A DNA stretch of 56,658 nucleotides from a virus (lineage: Duplodnaviria > Caudoviricetes), in IMG/VR virus record IMGVR_UViG_3300035565_000019, positions 1-56,658 of that record; one strand, given 5' to 3'. The position numbers and the translations under genes are program-made. The notes beneath the pieces are model-generated. The model ran no database searches, was not told the origin of the DNA, and worked only from the letters and a program-made list of their open reading frames with translations. Positions 36,876 to 46,276 of this stretch are shown one piece after another. Position 1 is the first letter of the stretch; every line of letters starts with the position of its first letter.

Positions 36876-37346
36876 TTATTTTCCTAAATATTTAATGGCT
36901 TTTTTCAAAGCTAAAGGGTTATCTTTAAAATTACCAAGCCCTTTATTGCAATTTTGGCATAAAAGCCCTCTAATGCGGGCTGTAACATGGCAATGGTCTA
37001 TTGCTAAAGCTTGTTTTAAGTTAGCTTGATTAATTCCGCAAATTGCACAACAACTTTTTTGCTTATCTAACAAGGCAATATATTGCTTAGAGGTAATACC
37101 GTACTTGGATTTTCTAGCGGCGTCTCTATAATATTGCGCCCCTCGTGCTTTATAACTTGCTTGCCGCTTTTCTGGATTAGCTTCATTATATGCTTTAGAC
37201 ATAGCATTAGCTTTACCAGGATTAGCTACCATCCATTTTGCTAGCCGAATTTTTTGACATAGCGGGCATGCTTTATTAGCGCTATATCTTTTACCGTTAA
37301 GCTTTACATGCTTAGCACATATTTTACCTAAGTAAAATTCAGTCAT
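36876..37346 (-). CDS. Free-standing endonuclease VII-type homing endonuclease
   Basis: CAICG, IDHCH and RGLLCQNCNKGLG motifs; AT-rich. Confidence 0.85.
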   Translation of the reverse strand: MTEFYLGKICAKHVKLNGKRYSANKACPLCQKIRLAKWMVANPGKANAMSKAYNEANPEKRQASYKARGAQYYRDAARKSKYGITSKQYIALLDKQKSCCAICGINQANLKQALAIDHCHVTARIRGLLCQNCNKGLGNFKDNPLALKKAIKYLGK

Positions 37347-37564
37347 TTTTTAATCTCAAATAGCGTAGCCCTTTCCCTCTTAGCTCTCATACTGTTGAAT
37401 CTAGAGTAGATGCGCAAAAGATATTGCACTCGGCGCTTGTTTTCTTGCTCTATTTTAAGCATCAATTCAGCTTCCTTTTCAGTTGCTGCACGCAAAAAAT
37501 CGTTGCATCCCGGCCAGGTTTTAAGCGCCTGCTCTATATCTTTTTTTGTTTTACTTGACACCAT
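37343..37564 (-). CDS. Hypothetical protein
   Basis: RBS AGGAG; ATGA-coupled to the endonuclease gene. Confidence 0.6.
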   Translation of the reverse strand: MVSSKTKKDIEQALKTWPGCNDFLRAATEKEAELMLKIEQENKRRVQYLLRIYSRFNSMRAKRERATLFEIKK

Positions 37565-37629
37565 ATTATTCTCCTAAACAAGAATTACCAGCACCTCTCG
37601 ATGCTGGCAACCTTGCGTATGGTTGTGAT

Positions 37630-38436
37630 TCAGAATTTACGGCGAGATGCCGCTTTTGCAGGTGCAGGCGCAGAACGGCCGCGAGATGCCGCTGCAGGCT
37701 TGCGAGTCGGCTTAGCAACTTTTGCCTCGAATGCCTGATAAGGGAAGTCGATACCTTTTTCCACAATATCCGCCTTATCCAGTAATGCGCCAAGCAGCTC
37801 ACCGTCTTCGATTGCAGACTGCGCCTTGAATGATACCTTAAGCTGTGTCTTGGCATCAGGCGCTACGCTGATCTCCGTGATGAAGGCCAAAGGCGGCTTC
37901 TTGGATGCTGCCAATTGATTGACGAATCCTGCCCATGCCTTGACAGAAGTCACTGGCACTTCCAGGTAAGCTACTTCGGCAGTGGCTATGGCTTCAGGCC
38001 CGCCATCAAGCACATCGGCAGGTATCACGGCCAAACGGCGAATGTTCTTACAAGCCTTGCCTTTGCCGCCATCACCTGAATCCCATTCATTGTTCGGGCA
38101 ACCTACGCACGAATCACTGATAGGGTCAGCCACTTTGTCATGCGGCTTCATGTCGTCTTCATCACGGCCAAACGCATAGCACGCAGGTCCCTGGGCATTG
38201 TTCGGGTCGTACTTGCCTTCGTAGTACTTGTTCTCCATAATGGAGTCAATGATGACGACATCCATTTTGTTGCCATCGACAGGATTGCCCTGGTATGTCA
38301 TCTGTGCGCCTTTGACGCTGATGAAGCTCCCGGTAGATACAGATGCTTCTGACTTCTTGGCGATTGCCGCGCGTGCCGCCAATGCTTCATCCCACGCCAC
38401 TACTGCCGTTCCCGGCTTCTTTGGTTTTGCTGCCAT
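37630..38436 (-). CDS. Putative ssDNA-binding/recombination protein of the replication module
   Basis: NKYYEGKYDP, CYA, CVGCPNNEW and GKGKACKN motifs; upstream of PolA. Confidence 0.6.
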   Translation of the reverse strand: MAAKPKKPGTAVVAWDEALAARAAIAKKSEASVSTGSFISVKGAQMTYQGNPVDGNKMDVVIIDSIMENKYYEGKYDPNNAQGPACYAFGRDEDDMKPHDKVADPISDSCVGCPNNEWDSGDGGKGKACKNIRRLAVIPADVLDGGPEAIATAEVAYLEVPVTSVKAWAGFVNQLAASKKPPLAFITEISVAPDAKTQLKVSFKAQSAIEDGELLGALLDKADIVEKGIDFPYQAFEAKVAKPTRKPAAASRGRSAPAPAKAASRRKF

Positions 38437-38482
38437 TTCATTCTCCTTGAGAAGTGGGCGCCACTAAGGACGCCCGGTTAGA

Positions 38483-38830
38483 TTACTCAGCTGCTTTGAT
38501 TGCTGCCACTGCTTCCTTGATCGTTGCAGCGCTTTTGACTGCGGCGATACAACGCTTGGTCTCGGCTTTGATGGCCTTTGCTACTGCTTTCTCTACTGCC
38601 AAATCCAATGCTTCTTTGGTGATTACTTTTGCCACGTCGTTTCTCCTTACTTGGTTACCTGGTGTCCGACCAGGTTGCGGTCCTGCTATACTCTTTTCTT
38701 TTGGCTTACATCTGCTATGATACCTATTGCCGTCGACATCATCATACCAGTATTGCGTCTTTGGCTGGATTATTCCGCCACAACTGTCACATACAAACAA
38801 TGTGAATTCTGAAGAGTGAGAGTTTAGCAT
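38483..38830 (-). CDS. Zinc-finger protein with an Ala/Lys-rich tail
   Basis: CDSC...HSRC motif. Confidence 0.55.
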   Translation of the reverse strand: MLNSHSSEFTLFVCDSCGGIIQPKTQYWYDDVDGNRYHSRCKPKEKSIAGPQPGRTPGNQVRRNDVAKVITKEALDLAVEKAVAKAIKAETKRCIAAVKSAATIKEAVAAIKAAE

Positions 38831-38831
38831 T

Positions 38832-39254
38832 TTATTTCTCCGCCGTGCCAATGTCTATAGCAATGCCTTTGAACGTCACGCGAAGACGCCCTGTTGCTTT
38901 GATAAAGTCAAGCTTGACATCTGGGCTTGCAATATTAGGTTCTACTTTGATTTTTGCGGTAGACAAAGATGGCGGCGGCACATGCAAGCTTGATGATGGA
39001 TCCTTCAATGAATATGCAAACTGTGCATGCGGTTCTTCTTTACGGTATATGTGAACTTTTACCAACGTCCCTTCTTTGACCATGGCGCGTACCAGCACAT
39101 CGCCTGTATTTAAGTCCAAAGCTCCTGTATTGGCCGCCACCATCATTGGGTGGTTGCAAATATAACGCACTGTTACTGGCTCCGTGGATAACATCTGCTT
39201 TAGTATGCCGACAACACAAGACCTGCGCGCTGCTCCTAGTTTTATTCCGTTCAT
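38832..39254 (-). CDS. Hypothetical protein, possible winged helix
   Basis: RBS AAGGAG; 140 aa. Confidence 0.55.
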   Translation of the reverse strand: MNGIKLGAARRSCVVGILKQMLSTEPVTVRYICNHPMMVAANTGALDLNTGDVLVRAMVKEGTLVKVHIYRKEEPHAQFAYSLKDPSSSLHVPPPSLSTAKIKVEPNIASPDVKLDFIKATGRLRVTFKGIAIDIGTAEK

Positions 39255-39261
39255 CTTAAGC

Positions 39262-39440
39262 TCCTTCTTAAATTATCAAGTAACCGACTTGATGGCGGTA
39301 TTAAATTAGGCCGGTGGTTGTCATGGTCGCCGGTACCCATTTTTACGCAGTTTCAGCTGCGCCGACATGCAGGAGGTGCTTAACATCTTTTGCGAGACCG
39401 CAGTGGAGCTATCCTTCCACGATGTTTCACTCCCCTGGTT
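39262..39440 (-). ncRNA. Candidate structured intergenic RNA
   Basis: Nested helices AACATC/GATGTT enclosing TGCG/CGCA and GTGGA/TCCAC hairpins, plus CGCAG/CTGCG and ATCAAGT/ACTTGAT hairpins. Confidence 0.4.
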
Positions 39441-39442
39441 CT

Positions 39443-39970
39443 TTAAAGCTTATTAATGGAAACATCTACGACAGTAAAGCGCCCGACGCCTTGTACTTCT
39501 TCACCGGCGTTCCAGGCTTCCGTGACAGCCGCTTTGCCTAATGCGCGGTTAAGCAAGGCAAACGCGCCGTCTTGTTGACCGTCTTTTTTCTTGATGTGCT
39601 TGTTGTAGTTATCAATAATGCCTTTGTACAAATCAGGCCAATTGGTAACTTGAGGCACTTCCTTGGTGGATACAGAGATGCGGCATAGCTTACCTGCCAC
39701 GCCATTGGCGTCTGCCTTCGGAAGGTTCATGATGAGATGCTGCTTATATGCCGTCTCTAATATTTGCAAAGCATCGACATCGCGCTGTATCGCAAGACGG
39801 CTTGCCCTGGTCTGCCATAATAGGTCTGCTGCAAGCCCTAAAGTCTTTGGCTTCTTAAATCCTAGCGGGAACTCATAACCAGGTGTCGCCAAGCTTCCTG
39901 CCGTTTCTGCTGCTGCCTTCAATTTTGTTGCCAATTTCTTGTCTATTGCAGATTCCTTTTTCGCTGCCAT
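39443..39970 (-). CDS. Conserved phage replication-module protein
   Basis: RBS GGAGG; VPQVTNWPDLY and ALLNRAL motifs. Confidence 0.6.
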   Translation of the reverse strand: MAAKKESAIDKKLATKLKAAAETAGSLATPGYEFPLGFKKPKTLGLAADLLWQTRASRLAIQRDVDALQILETAYKQHLIMNLPKADANGVAGKLCRISVSTKEVPQVTNWPDLYKGIIDNYNKHIKKKDGQQDGAFALLNRALGKAAVTEAWNAGEEVQGVGRFTVVDVSINKL

Positions 39971-40017
39971 GATGCTGCTCCTCCAAATCTCCGGGACAAT
40001 ATGCACACCGTTTTAAA

Positions 40018-40052
40018 ATCATAACGCAACTTTAAAGTTGTGTAACCTAGAC
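40018..40052 (-). promoter_or_regulatory. Class A promoter TCTAGGTTACA-N17-TATGAT
   Basis: Motif shared with the sites at 45727, 47872 and 48301; spacer contains the palindrome CAACTTTAAAGTTG. Confidence 0.65.
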
Positions 40053-40622
40053 TACGCGGCGAAGTTTTTCGAATATCTTCAAGGCATGTACGGCCTGTGT
40101 CTTGGCATCACTCAAAGCATTATGATACACTCCTTCACGCACCAATTTAAGGTCTGGCGTCAATGCTTTAAGCGTACGGAAGCAACGATTATTCCAAAAG
40201 CTCCACGGCAGTTCACGCTTATCTGCCATATACGCTACAGCCAGTATGGCATTATCAAAGTCTGAACCGTTGCCCCATACGCGCACATTGGCAAGACCTG
40301 GCTTTGACAGGAATACTTCCAGTTGATTAAGGGCTTCTTTAATCGGCACAGACGCTGCCAACTTTGGCCCTTCAAATCCGCAATGGCTCAATACCTTGCG
40401 CGCTTCAGGCGCTTGCTTCTCCCACCATTTTACGGTATTCTGATCTATGTGCAATCCTATTTCTTCTTGGCCCTCTATCTGTACGACACGATAGAACTCA
40501 TCGCCAAAAGCATGAAGATCAGTGTGCTTTGCCAACGGGTCGAAATAGACCGCCCCAATACTGATAATCGCACAACCAGGTTTATTGCCAAGTGTTTCAA
40601 GGTCAATCATTACGTCTATCAT
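40047..40622 (-). CDS. DEDDh 3'-5' exonuclease (Rv2179c/DUF5051-like)
   Basis: MIDLETLG, WGNGSDFD and HNALSDA motifs. Confidence 0.85.
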   Translation of the reverse strand: MIDVMIDLETLGNKPGCAIISIGAVYFDPLAKHTDLHAFGDEFYRVVQIEGQEEIGLHIDQNTVKWWEKQAPEARKVLSHCGFEGPKLAASVPIKEALNQLEVFLSKPGLANVRVWGNGSDFDNAILAVAYMADKRELPWSFWNNRCFRTLKALTPDLKLVREGVYHNALSDAKTQAVHALKIFEKLRRVV

Positions 40623-40993
40623 TTTTTCTCTCCTTTGATTGTCGGCCAATTAAGCATCATTTCTCGCTGGTCCAAACGAGTGCTTTTAAAACCATATTGT
40701 TTATAAAATGCTATTAATGCTTCTTGCTTGATCTTTGGCTTACTATATGGAATGGCGCGCAAGAACACACGATATCCTTTGCGCTTGGCATACTTAAGTG
40801 CTATTGTCATCAATGCATGAGCCCAGCCACTCTTACGGCGTAATGGGTGCACATGCAAATCACTCAACTCAACATATTTGAGCACTTTATTAGTAATGAC
40901 ATATTTATCGTCCTCGGCCATTTCAAACAATGAAACCTCGCCGATAAACCCGCCGTCGCCTATTACCCACCGTTGTATCAATAGCCCTGGCAT
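40619..40993 (-). CDS. GNAT acetyltransferase
   Basis: LHVHPLRRKSGWAHALM and FYKQYGF motifs. Confidence 0.8.
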   Translation of the reverse strand: MPGLLIQRWVIGDGGFIGEVSLFEMAEDDKYVITNKVLKYVELSDLHVHPLRRKSGWAHALMTIALKYAKRKGYRVFLRAIPYSKPKIKQEALIAFYKQYGFKSTRLDQREMMLNWPTIKGEKK

Positions 40994-41046
40994 TTCACTT
41001 CTCCTTTAAGTTTAACCGCTGGTGATTTTAGGGTGTCTAAATTACG

Positions 41047-41349
41047 TTATACCGCTTCGTAGGTTGCCGCGAAAATATCAGGTTTGCACGGGTAAAACTC
41101 ACCCTTAACTCCACGAATAATGTAATCACCGATGGTTGCTATGTGCTTACCCTCAAGAGTGAAAATAATCAATCCTTCCCGCTCAACTAAATCGCAGTAT
41201 TGCTCCCACATCATCCCTGCGTGGTTGCTGTTTGTTTCCGGTTTTCTGCCGTCTGTAAATTCAATAATTTCCGCCAAGTTTTTGCCGTTCCAAACTTTTG
41301 CATCAATCACTACTGGTTTTTTGCGGTACTGTGCCATTCTGTCCTCCAT
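41047..41349 (-). CDS. Conserved phage protein (YRKKPVVI...GDYII family)
   Basis: YRKKPVVIDA, TLEG and GDYIIRGVKGEFYPCKPDIF motifs. Confidence 0.8.
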   Translation of the reverse strand: MEDRMAQYRKKPVVIDAKVWNGKNLAEIIEFTDGRKPETNSNHAGMMWEQYCDLVEREGLIIFTLEGKHIATIGDYIIRGVKGEFYPCKPDIFAATYEAV

Positions 41350-41383
41350 GTTCCGCGCTTCGTGGGTAGCGCGGTATAACCCA

Positions 41384-41740
41384 TCATTTAAAGCTGGTTA
41401 TTTCCACGTTCGACACCTCAAGTAGCACATCACCATGACATGCTTTTGGGGAGCAGAAGCAAATCAAATCTTTTCCAGCCAGTTCACGCTTGGCTTCCTC
41501 TATCAAGTGCGGCTGTGACAGCAACCATTCTTTGTATTTCTCAATTACCATTTCACGAGTACCATACTCGCTCATCACGAATGGATTACCCCACTTGCTT
41601 GGCCTGCCGATGTAAACTGCACCTTTCGGCATTCCATCTCGATATTTATTTAGTACCTTTGGCATTTTGTCTTCAGTGTCGAGCCTTATATTGTTGCAGG
41701 ACTGCGCTCTAACGGTCTTATTCCAGCTTTCTTCATTCAT
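41384..41740 (-). CDS. DUF4326-family protein
   Basis: VYIGRPSKWGNPF and LAGKDLICFCSPKACHGDVL motifs; true start may be 41665. Confidence 0.85.
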   Translation of the reverse strand: MNEESWNKTVRAQSCNNIRLDTEDKMPKVLNKYRDGMPKGAVYIGRPSKWGNPFVMSEYGTREMVIEKYKEWLLSQPHLIEEAKRELAGKDLICFCSPKACHGDVLLEVSNVEITSFK

Positions 41741-41865
41741 ATAGTCACCTATTCGTTTTAAGTTTCTTAATGCGCCGTTCCAATTTCATATTCTACCCTT
41801 TTAAGTAAGTACCCCCTTAAGTGGCGACTTATATCCTTGCGGATACAGGGGGTTTGCGCCTCGCT

Positions 41866-42102
41866 TCACTTTCCGAAGGAGCATGAAGGCAGTTGCAGGT
41901 AACGGTCAAGTGCCGCGACGTCTACTTTGTTCTCTTTCTTGGCTTCTTTCTTCGGCTTATCAGCGGCCACATCCTTGTTATAGCGCCTCATACAAGTTGT
42001 GCATCTACTGTTTGATATATAGCGCAACCCTTTCAGCTCAGGATGCTTGCCGCATACCTTGCCAATTTTATGTACAGTATTCTTTTGCAAGATAATACTC
42101 AT
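41866..42102 (-). CDS. Stand-alone zinc-finger protein
   Basis: GKVCGKHPELKGLRY...CTTC motif. Confidence 0.6.
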   Translation of the reverse strand: MSIILQKNTVHKIGKVCGKHPELKGLRYISNSRCTTCMRRYNKDVAADKPKKEAKKENKVDVAALDRYLQLPSCSFGK

Positions 42103-42314
42103 TCACTTGTGTAGTTCTCATTCAGCCATTCAATGATGCCGGCCTTTGAAGTCGGCACTTCAACGGCTTCATAGCTGACATCTTTGAGCGGCTTCAAATC
42201 ATACTCTTCTGCCAATTCCCGGCGCATTTTCTTTGCCGCTCCTTCAGACGACGCCCATGCAACTTTCTTTTCACCCTCTATTTCGATCGTTGTCACTTTA
42301 TATACTGTTGCCAT
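42099..42314 (-). CDS. Hypothetical protein
   Basis: RBS AAGGAG before MATVYK; 71 aa. Confidence 0.55.
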   Translation of the reverse strand: MATVYKVTTIEIEGEKKVAWASSEGAAKKMRRELAEEYDLKPLKDVSYEAVEVPTSKAGIIEWLNENYTSE

Positions 42315-42325
42315 TTGCTTCTCCT

Positions 42326-42670
42326 TTACGATTGTCTGGCCACTCGGCCTACTCCCCTGCACATTGTACAGGTGCTTTTCACTTTTTGAGTGAATCCTTT
42401 TTGCGTTGCGACAACTCCCGTTCCGTCGCACTTCTTGCATGGGTCTGTCAATAGCTCGCTTTCCAAGTCATATTGCTTCCTGGTCTTCGGGTCTATCAAT
42501 ATATTATAGGCACAGCTTAACTCGGCAAAGTCTGCCGTTGCCTTTGCAGTGCTGCCATTCTTGTCAGGATGCAACGCTCTTGCTAATATGCGCCAAGCAT
42601 CCAGGATTTCCTTTGGCGTTGCAGTACGAGCTACGCCTAATATCTCATATGCATTTCTTATTTTACCCAT
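42326..42670 (-). CDS. J-domain (DnaJ-like) protein with a CxxCxGxG zinc finger
   Basis: YEILGV, LHPDKN, AYNILID..RKQYD, CKKCDGTG and CTMCRGVG motifs. Confidence 0.85.
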   Translation of the reverse strand: MGKIRNAYEILGVARTATPKEILDAWRILARALHPDKNGSTAKATADFAELSCAYNILIDPKTRKQYDLESELLTDPCKKCDGTGVVATQKGFTQKVKSTCTMCRGVGRVARQS

Positions 42671-43119
42671 AACACACCTTCTAATTTTGACAGCTTCAAG
42701 CTAAGGACATTATCTGCACCATATGCCAGCAGCATATATGGGCTCCACTTACCAACTGACTTTGTGCCGTCAATATAATGGAATAACAATCGCCCTTTAA
42801 GGAACAATACAGCATCACACCCATTTAACGCTTCTTGGCCCCATACAGTTTCGGGTGACTTGGCAGGCAATAGCATTACACCATCATTATGGTTACCCAT
42901 TTTCTTTATCCACAACAGCGGCTTGCTGTATGGCGGGTTACACCACACTCTGCCGCGCCATTTAATTTCTAAGCCATCTTTTGGTTGATGCACCATCATC
43001 TTAGCTGTGCGCCATGGCATCACTTCAGGACAGCATGGATCCAGGTCAAACTTGCCTAAAGCTTTTAATAGCTCCGGCGGCGTTAGCCATGTATCATTTT
43101 GGTTGTGTTTGCGGTTCAC
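42658..43119 (-). CDS. Phage N6-adenine DNA methyltransferase (Dam-like)
   Basis: DTWLTP, FDLDPC and VWCNPPYS motifs. Confidence 0.85.
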   Translation of the reverse strand: MNRKHNQNDTWLTPPELLKALGKFDLDPCCPEVMPWRTAKMMVHQPKDGLEIKWRGRVWCNPPYSKPLLWIKKMGNHNDGVMLLPAKSPETVWGQEALNGCDAVLFLKGRLLFHYIDGTKSVGKWSPYMLLAYGADNVLSLKLSKLEGVLWVK

Positions 43120-43264
43120 TCTTCACCTCTATCAATTCCATTGCGCATTGTATGCAGAACTCGCATATGCATTGCCCTGTTTTAGGATGCGTTACCATCT
43201 TCCTGCTCGGATCTTTCGGCAGCAGGCATATGACACACACTCCGTTCAATGTTGGTATAAACAT
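43094..43264 (-). CDS. ClpX-type C4 zinc-finger protein
   Basis: CVIC...ICEFCIQC pattern resembling the ClpX zinc-binding domain. Confidence 0.5.
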   Translation of the reverse strand: MFIPTLNGVCVICLLPKDPSRKMVTHPKTGQCICEFCIQCAMELIEVKSEPQTQPK

Positions 43265-43277
43265 TCTACTCTCCTTT

Positions 43278-45359
43278 TTAGAATTTTTTCTTTTTTCCGA
43301 CCCCGCCACGAGTCTCATTATAGTGCACTGCCAGTTTCTTCAAGTCCATCGCAGTATCCCACTCATCCTGGTTGCGCACCACGAACAGTCGATGCTGCCC
43401 GCTAGTCGTCTTTACCGGCATTCCGTTATACGCCATACGGAATCCTGCCCGCTTCAGTTCCTTTGCCACGCCGCCTGCAGTGACTTTGGACTTCTTCTCC
43501 GGGTCATATATGAGCAGTAGTTCCGTCGACGGCCAGAGGTCTCCTTTCATCGCCACGTCACCGATGGCGAGCACTGTATCAGGATCATCGCGTAACCTGC
43601 GCACCCATTTGCCAAGGTCTGACAATCCATCGTCTATCATGGCCATCTTGGCCGATGTGTTCGGCGCCCTGTCCTCGGCATCCATGCCCTGCAGGTTCAG
43701 GTGCAGCATGTAGTAGAACAATGCCGAAGCCCCGCCATTCCTGAGCCAGTCCATATAAGCCTTATAGAATTCACGTGGCAATGGCGCGTCTTCTACTTCA
43801 TGTACGAAATTCCTGCGATCGTCGTCTTCTAAAAAGAAAGCATCCGGGTGGTTGGACGTGAACAAATAGTTTATACGGTCTTTGACCGTATATGACGGGA
43901 TATATTTTTGGTCGATACGCATCTCCTGCTGCGTAATCATTTTCTTTAACTTGTCGCTGTATTTCCTTTGTTCTTGCCCTGTCACGTCGTCGCCCATTAC
44001 GAACTGTTTGCTTATGGCCCATTCGTTGCGATCGTCCTGCAGTTCGTTGTCCCCTATCTCCGTGAAGTTCTTGCCGTAGATACGGCCTAATGTATACCCC
44101 ACGAGCGATTTGCCGGTACCTGTCATAACGCCCCACAATACGCATGCGGTGAACATCTTCGCCCCAGGCTGTTGAAGGGGTAATGCGCACCATCGCTCGA
44201 ACCAATCGCGTTCCTTTGAATAAACGCCAAATAGATGGCTCATTAATTGCTTCCATGGTGTCACGTCTCCTTTTACCGGTTGGCAGCCCCAACCTGGCCA
44301 TATGTTAAATTCCCCGCCTTCTGTGATGCGTTCTTTGCCCGGCTCGTAGGCTATCTTTGACAACTCCAGCCGCAACGGCCATTGCAGCCACGCCGATGCC
44401 GCAGGTTTCTTGGTGAATTTATCGTTGCCCTTTGCATCAAGCGATTGCTCCCAATAATGCCTGTTTGCATATGCATGGCCGGTAAAGTCGCTCGCCCTCA
44501 TGCGCAATCCTGATTCCATGACGACCACGATACCAGGATCCTGTATGTATGCCACCTCTGTATTCAGTTCGTGGAGCGCGGCGCTCGGGGCATAGGGCTC
44601 GGCATCATCCAGTACTTGGCGCAATGCATCCTCGCCATCTTGCACATAAAGGTCATCAAGTCCGCGCTTGGCGCCATCTTCGGCAGGAAGCACGTCTGCG
44701 ACGCATGGCAGTGCGCCCAAAGCCAACAGCTCTCGGCACAGCTCGTTCCTAGCCATTACCACCATCGGGTTTGTATGCGCGTCAGAATCGAATGCTATCA
44801 CGACCCGACGCCCTTTCCAATCGAACTCATACAGTATCGGCAGCAATGGCAGTTTCTTCTTCACCGACTTGAACGAATAGACTCCGCCCAATCCGATACA
44901 TGGCGCGACATACTTGGTACAGCATGCGGCTTTGAGCTCGCCTTCCGTAATGACCAGCTCTATAGTCGCAGACTTCTGTATGGCCGACCAATCGACGAAT
45001 GGCGGGAGATATATCTCGCTGACCGTCCCGCCTAATTGTATGTAACGTAGCGGCTTGGCATCTGTCTTGCTTGCGAATCCGTTCCTGGTGTCTTCCAAGT
45101 ATCTCCATCGTTTGAACTTGGTCGGTCTGCCTTCTGCGGTAAAGTACGGTATTTCAAAGGCCTGTTTGGCGGGGAATCCTGCCATTTGCAACTCGTCCTT
45201 ATTAGCAGGCTTCATCATCAAAGCCTTGGCATCCGTCGCATCCAGGCCAGACAAGGCCAGTTTAGGAAGCATCAAACTCTCGCCATTTGCAATCTTCGCT
45301 TTAATAGCTTTCTGCTTCTCGCCATTTGCAGCGCCCTTCAATATGGTGCTCGCGGCCAT
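43278..45359 (-). CDS. Primase-helicase (DUF3854/TOPRIM-like N-terminus, SF3-like C-terminus)
   Basis: ITEGELKA, IAFDSD, KRGLDD; GVMTGTGKS Walker A; FTSNH, DDRR. Confidence 0.9.
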   Translation of the reverse strand: MAASTILKGAANGEKQKAIKAKIANGESLMLPKLALSGLDATDAKALMMKPANKDELQMAGFPAKQAFEIPYFTAEGRPTKFKRWRYLEDTRNGFASKTDAKPLRYIQLGGTVSEIYLPPFVDWSAIQKSATIELVITEGELKAACCTKYVAPCIGLGGVYSFKSVKKKLPLLPILYEFDWKGRRVVIAFDSDAHTNPMVVMARNELCRELLALGALPCVADVLPAEDGAKRGLDDLYVQDGEDALRQVLDDAEPYAPSAALHELNTEVAYIQDPGIVVVMESGLRMRASDFTGHAYANRHYWEQSLDAKGNDKFTKKPAASAWLQWPLRLELSKIAYEPGKERITEGGEFNIWPGWGCQPVKGDVTPWKQLMSHLFGVYSKERDWFERWCALPLQQPGAKMFTACVLWGVMTGTGKSLVGYTLGRIYGKNFTEIGDNELQDDRNEWAISKQFVMGDDVTGQEQRKYSDKLKKMITQQEMRIDQKYIPSYTVKDRINYLFTSNHPDAFFLEDDDRRNFVHEVEDAPLPREFYKAYMDWLRNGGASALFYYMLHLNLQGMDAEDRAPNTSAKMAMIDDGLSDLGKWVRRLRDDPDTVLAIGDVAMKGDLWPSTELLLIYDPEKKSKVTAGGVAKELKRAGFRMAYNGMPVKTTSGQHRLFVVRNQDEWDTAMDLKKLAVHYNETRGGVGKKKKF

Positions 45360-45658
45360 TATGCTGCCCCGCCCTTCATCGCCATGCTCAGGAGTTGGTT
45401 AATCAACCTGGTTCTTGACGGCATTCGTGATGGTACGGATTTCTGCAGTGACTTTATATATGCATTCGCTTTGGTCGCATTTCCATGCTCTTCACAAAGC
45501 TTGAGTGCGATTTCTTTTTGTTGCTTGGTCAACGAAATTATTTGCTTGACATTTTTATTCTCGCTGCGTTGGATTTTTTCCTTTTCTTTTTGCTTTGCCA
45601 CTTCTGAATCGATTCGCGAGAGTAAGCTATTCTCTATCTCAATTATTATTATCGCCAT
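45359..45658 (-). CDS. Split ribbon-helix-helix-like regulator
   Basis: N-terminal beta strand plus helix (IIIIEIENSLLSRID), C-terminal SRTRLINQLL; similar to 47395-47817. Confidence 0.55.
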   Translation of the reverse strand: MAIIIIEIENSLLSRIDSEVAKQKEKEKIQRSENKNVKQIISLTKQQKEIALKLCEEHGNATKANAYIKSLQKSVPSRMPSRTRLINQLLSMAMKGGAA

Positions 45659-45703
45659 TGATTTATCCTTCGAAAAGATTGATAACAGTAAAACAGAACA
45701 GAC

Positions 45704-45738
45704 AATATATACACCATAAATCGATATGTAACCTAGAC
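45704..45738 (-). promoter_or_regulatory. Class A promoter TCTAGGTTACA-N17-TATATT
   Basis: Conserved motif upstream of the replication operon. Confidence 0.65.
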
Positions 45739-45785
45739 TTGTAAGTCATTGATTTATATATAAAATAAAAATACTTGAAAAATAT

Positions 45786-45814
45786 GTTTACTTTTGTTCA
45801 AATCCATATATAAT
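45786..45814 (+). promoter_or_regulatory. Class B promoter GTTTAC-N17-TATAAT
   Basis: Exact motif with an AT-rich upstream element; drives the early + block. Confidence 0.7.
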
Positions 45815-45884
45815 CTCAATCACAAACTATGCAATTGTGAGTTTGTGAATGTAATCTAACTTAACTAACTGAAGGAGTATTATC

Positions 45885-46256
45885 ATGATCGTTACTAACC
45901 CATCTGAATTGCGTTCAATCTTGATGCAAGGCACGAAAGCAACCCCAACTACTACTAACAAAACGAAGAAGGAGAAAGAAGTGAAAGCTCATATCGCAAA
46001 AACTAACAAGACCCTTGCAAAAGGAAAAGCGAAACCTGCGAAAGCAAAACCCGCAAAGGCTAAAAGCAAGAAAGCAACTGCATCATCCGTCAAGCCATCA
46101 AAGCCAATGGGAATTGGAGCATTCTGCATCGACAAGATCGCTGAAGGATTATCCAATGCGGAAGTATTCGCCGCAGTTCAAAAGAAGTTCCCATCTGCTG
46201 CAACGTCAATGAATTGCATTCGTTGGTATCGCAGCAAGAATTTTAACATGGTGTAA
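45885..46256 (+). CDS. Lys-rich DNA-binding protein, paralogue of 30790-31641
   Basis: GIGAFCIDKIAEGLSNAEVFAAVQKKFP...WYRSK domain. Confidence 0.7.
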   Translation: MIVTNPSELRSILMQGTKATPTTTNKTKKEKEVKAHIAKTNKTLAKGKAKPAKAKPAKAKSKKATASSVKPSKPMGIGAFCIDKIAEGLSNAEVFAAVQKKFPSAATSMNCIRWYRSKNFNMV

Positions 46257-46276
46257 TGGGATTCATATCAACCAAC

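Noticed and set aside
39262-39440. tRNA or hammerhead ribozyme
   Set aside because: No T-loop GTTC or CCA end, and no CUGANGA core; kept only as an unclassified structured element
45741-45756. GTAAGTCATTGATTTA as a tyrosine-recombinase or dif-like site
   Set aside because: Only a vague resemblance, single clear copy, and no integrase or recombinase in the genome
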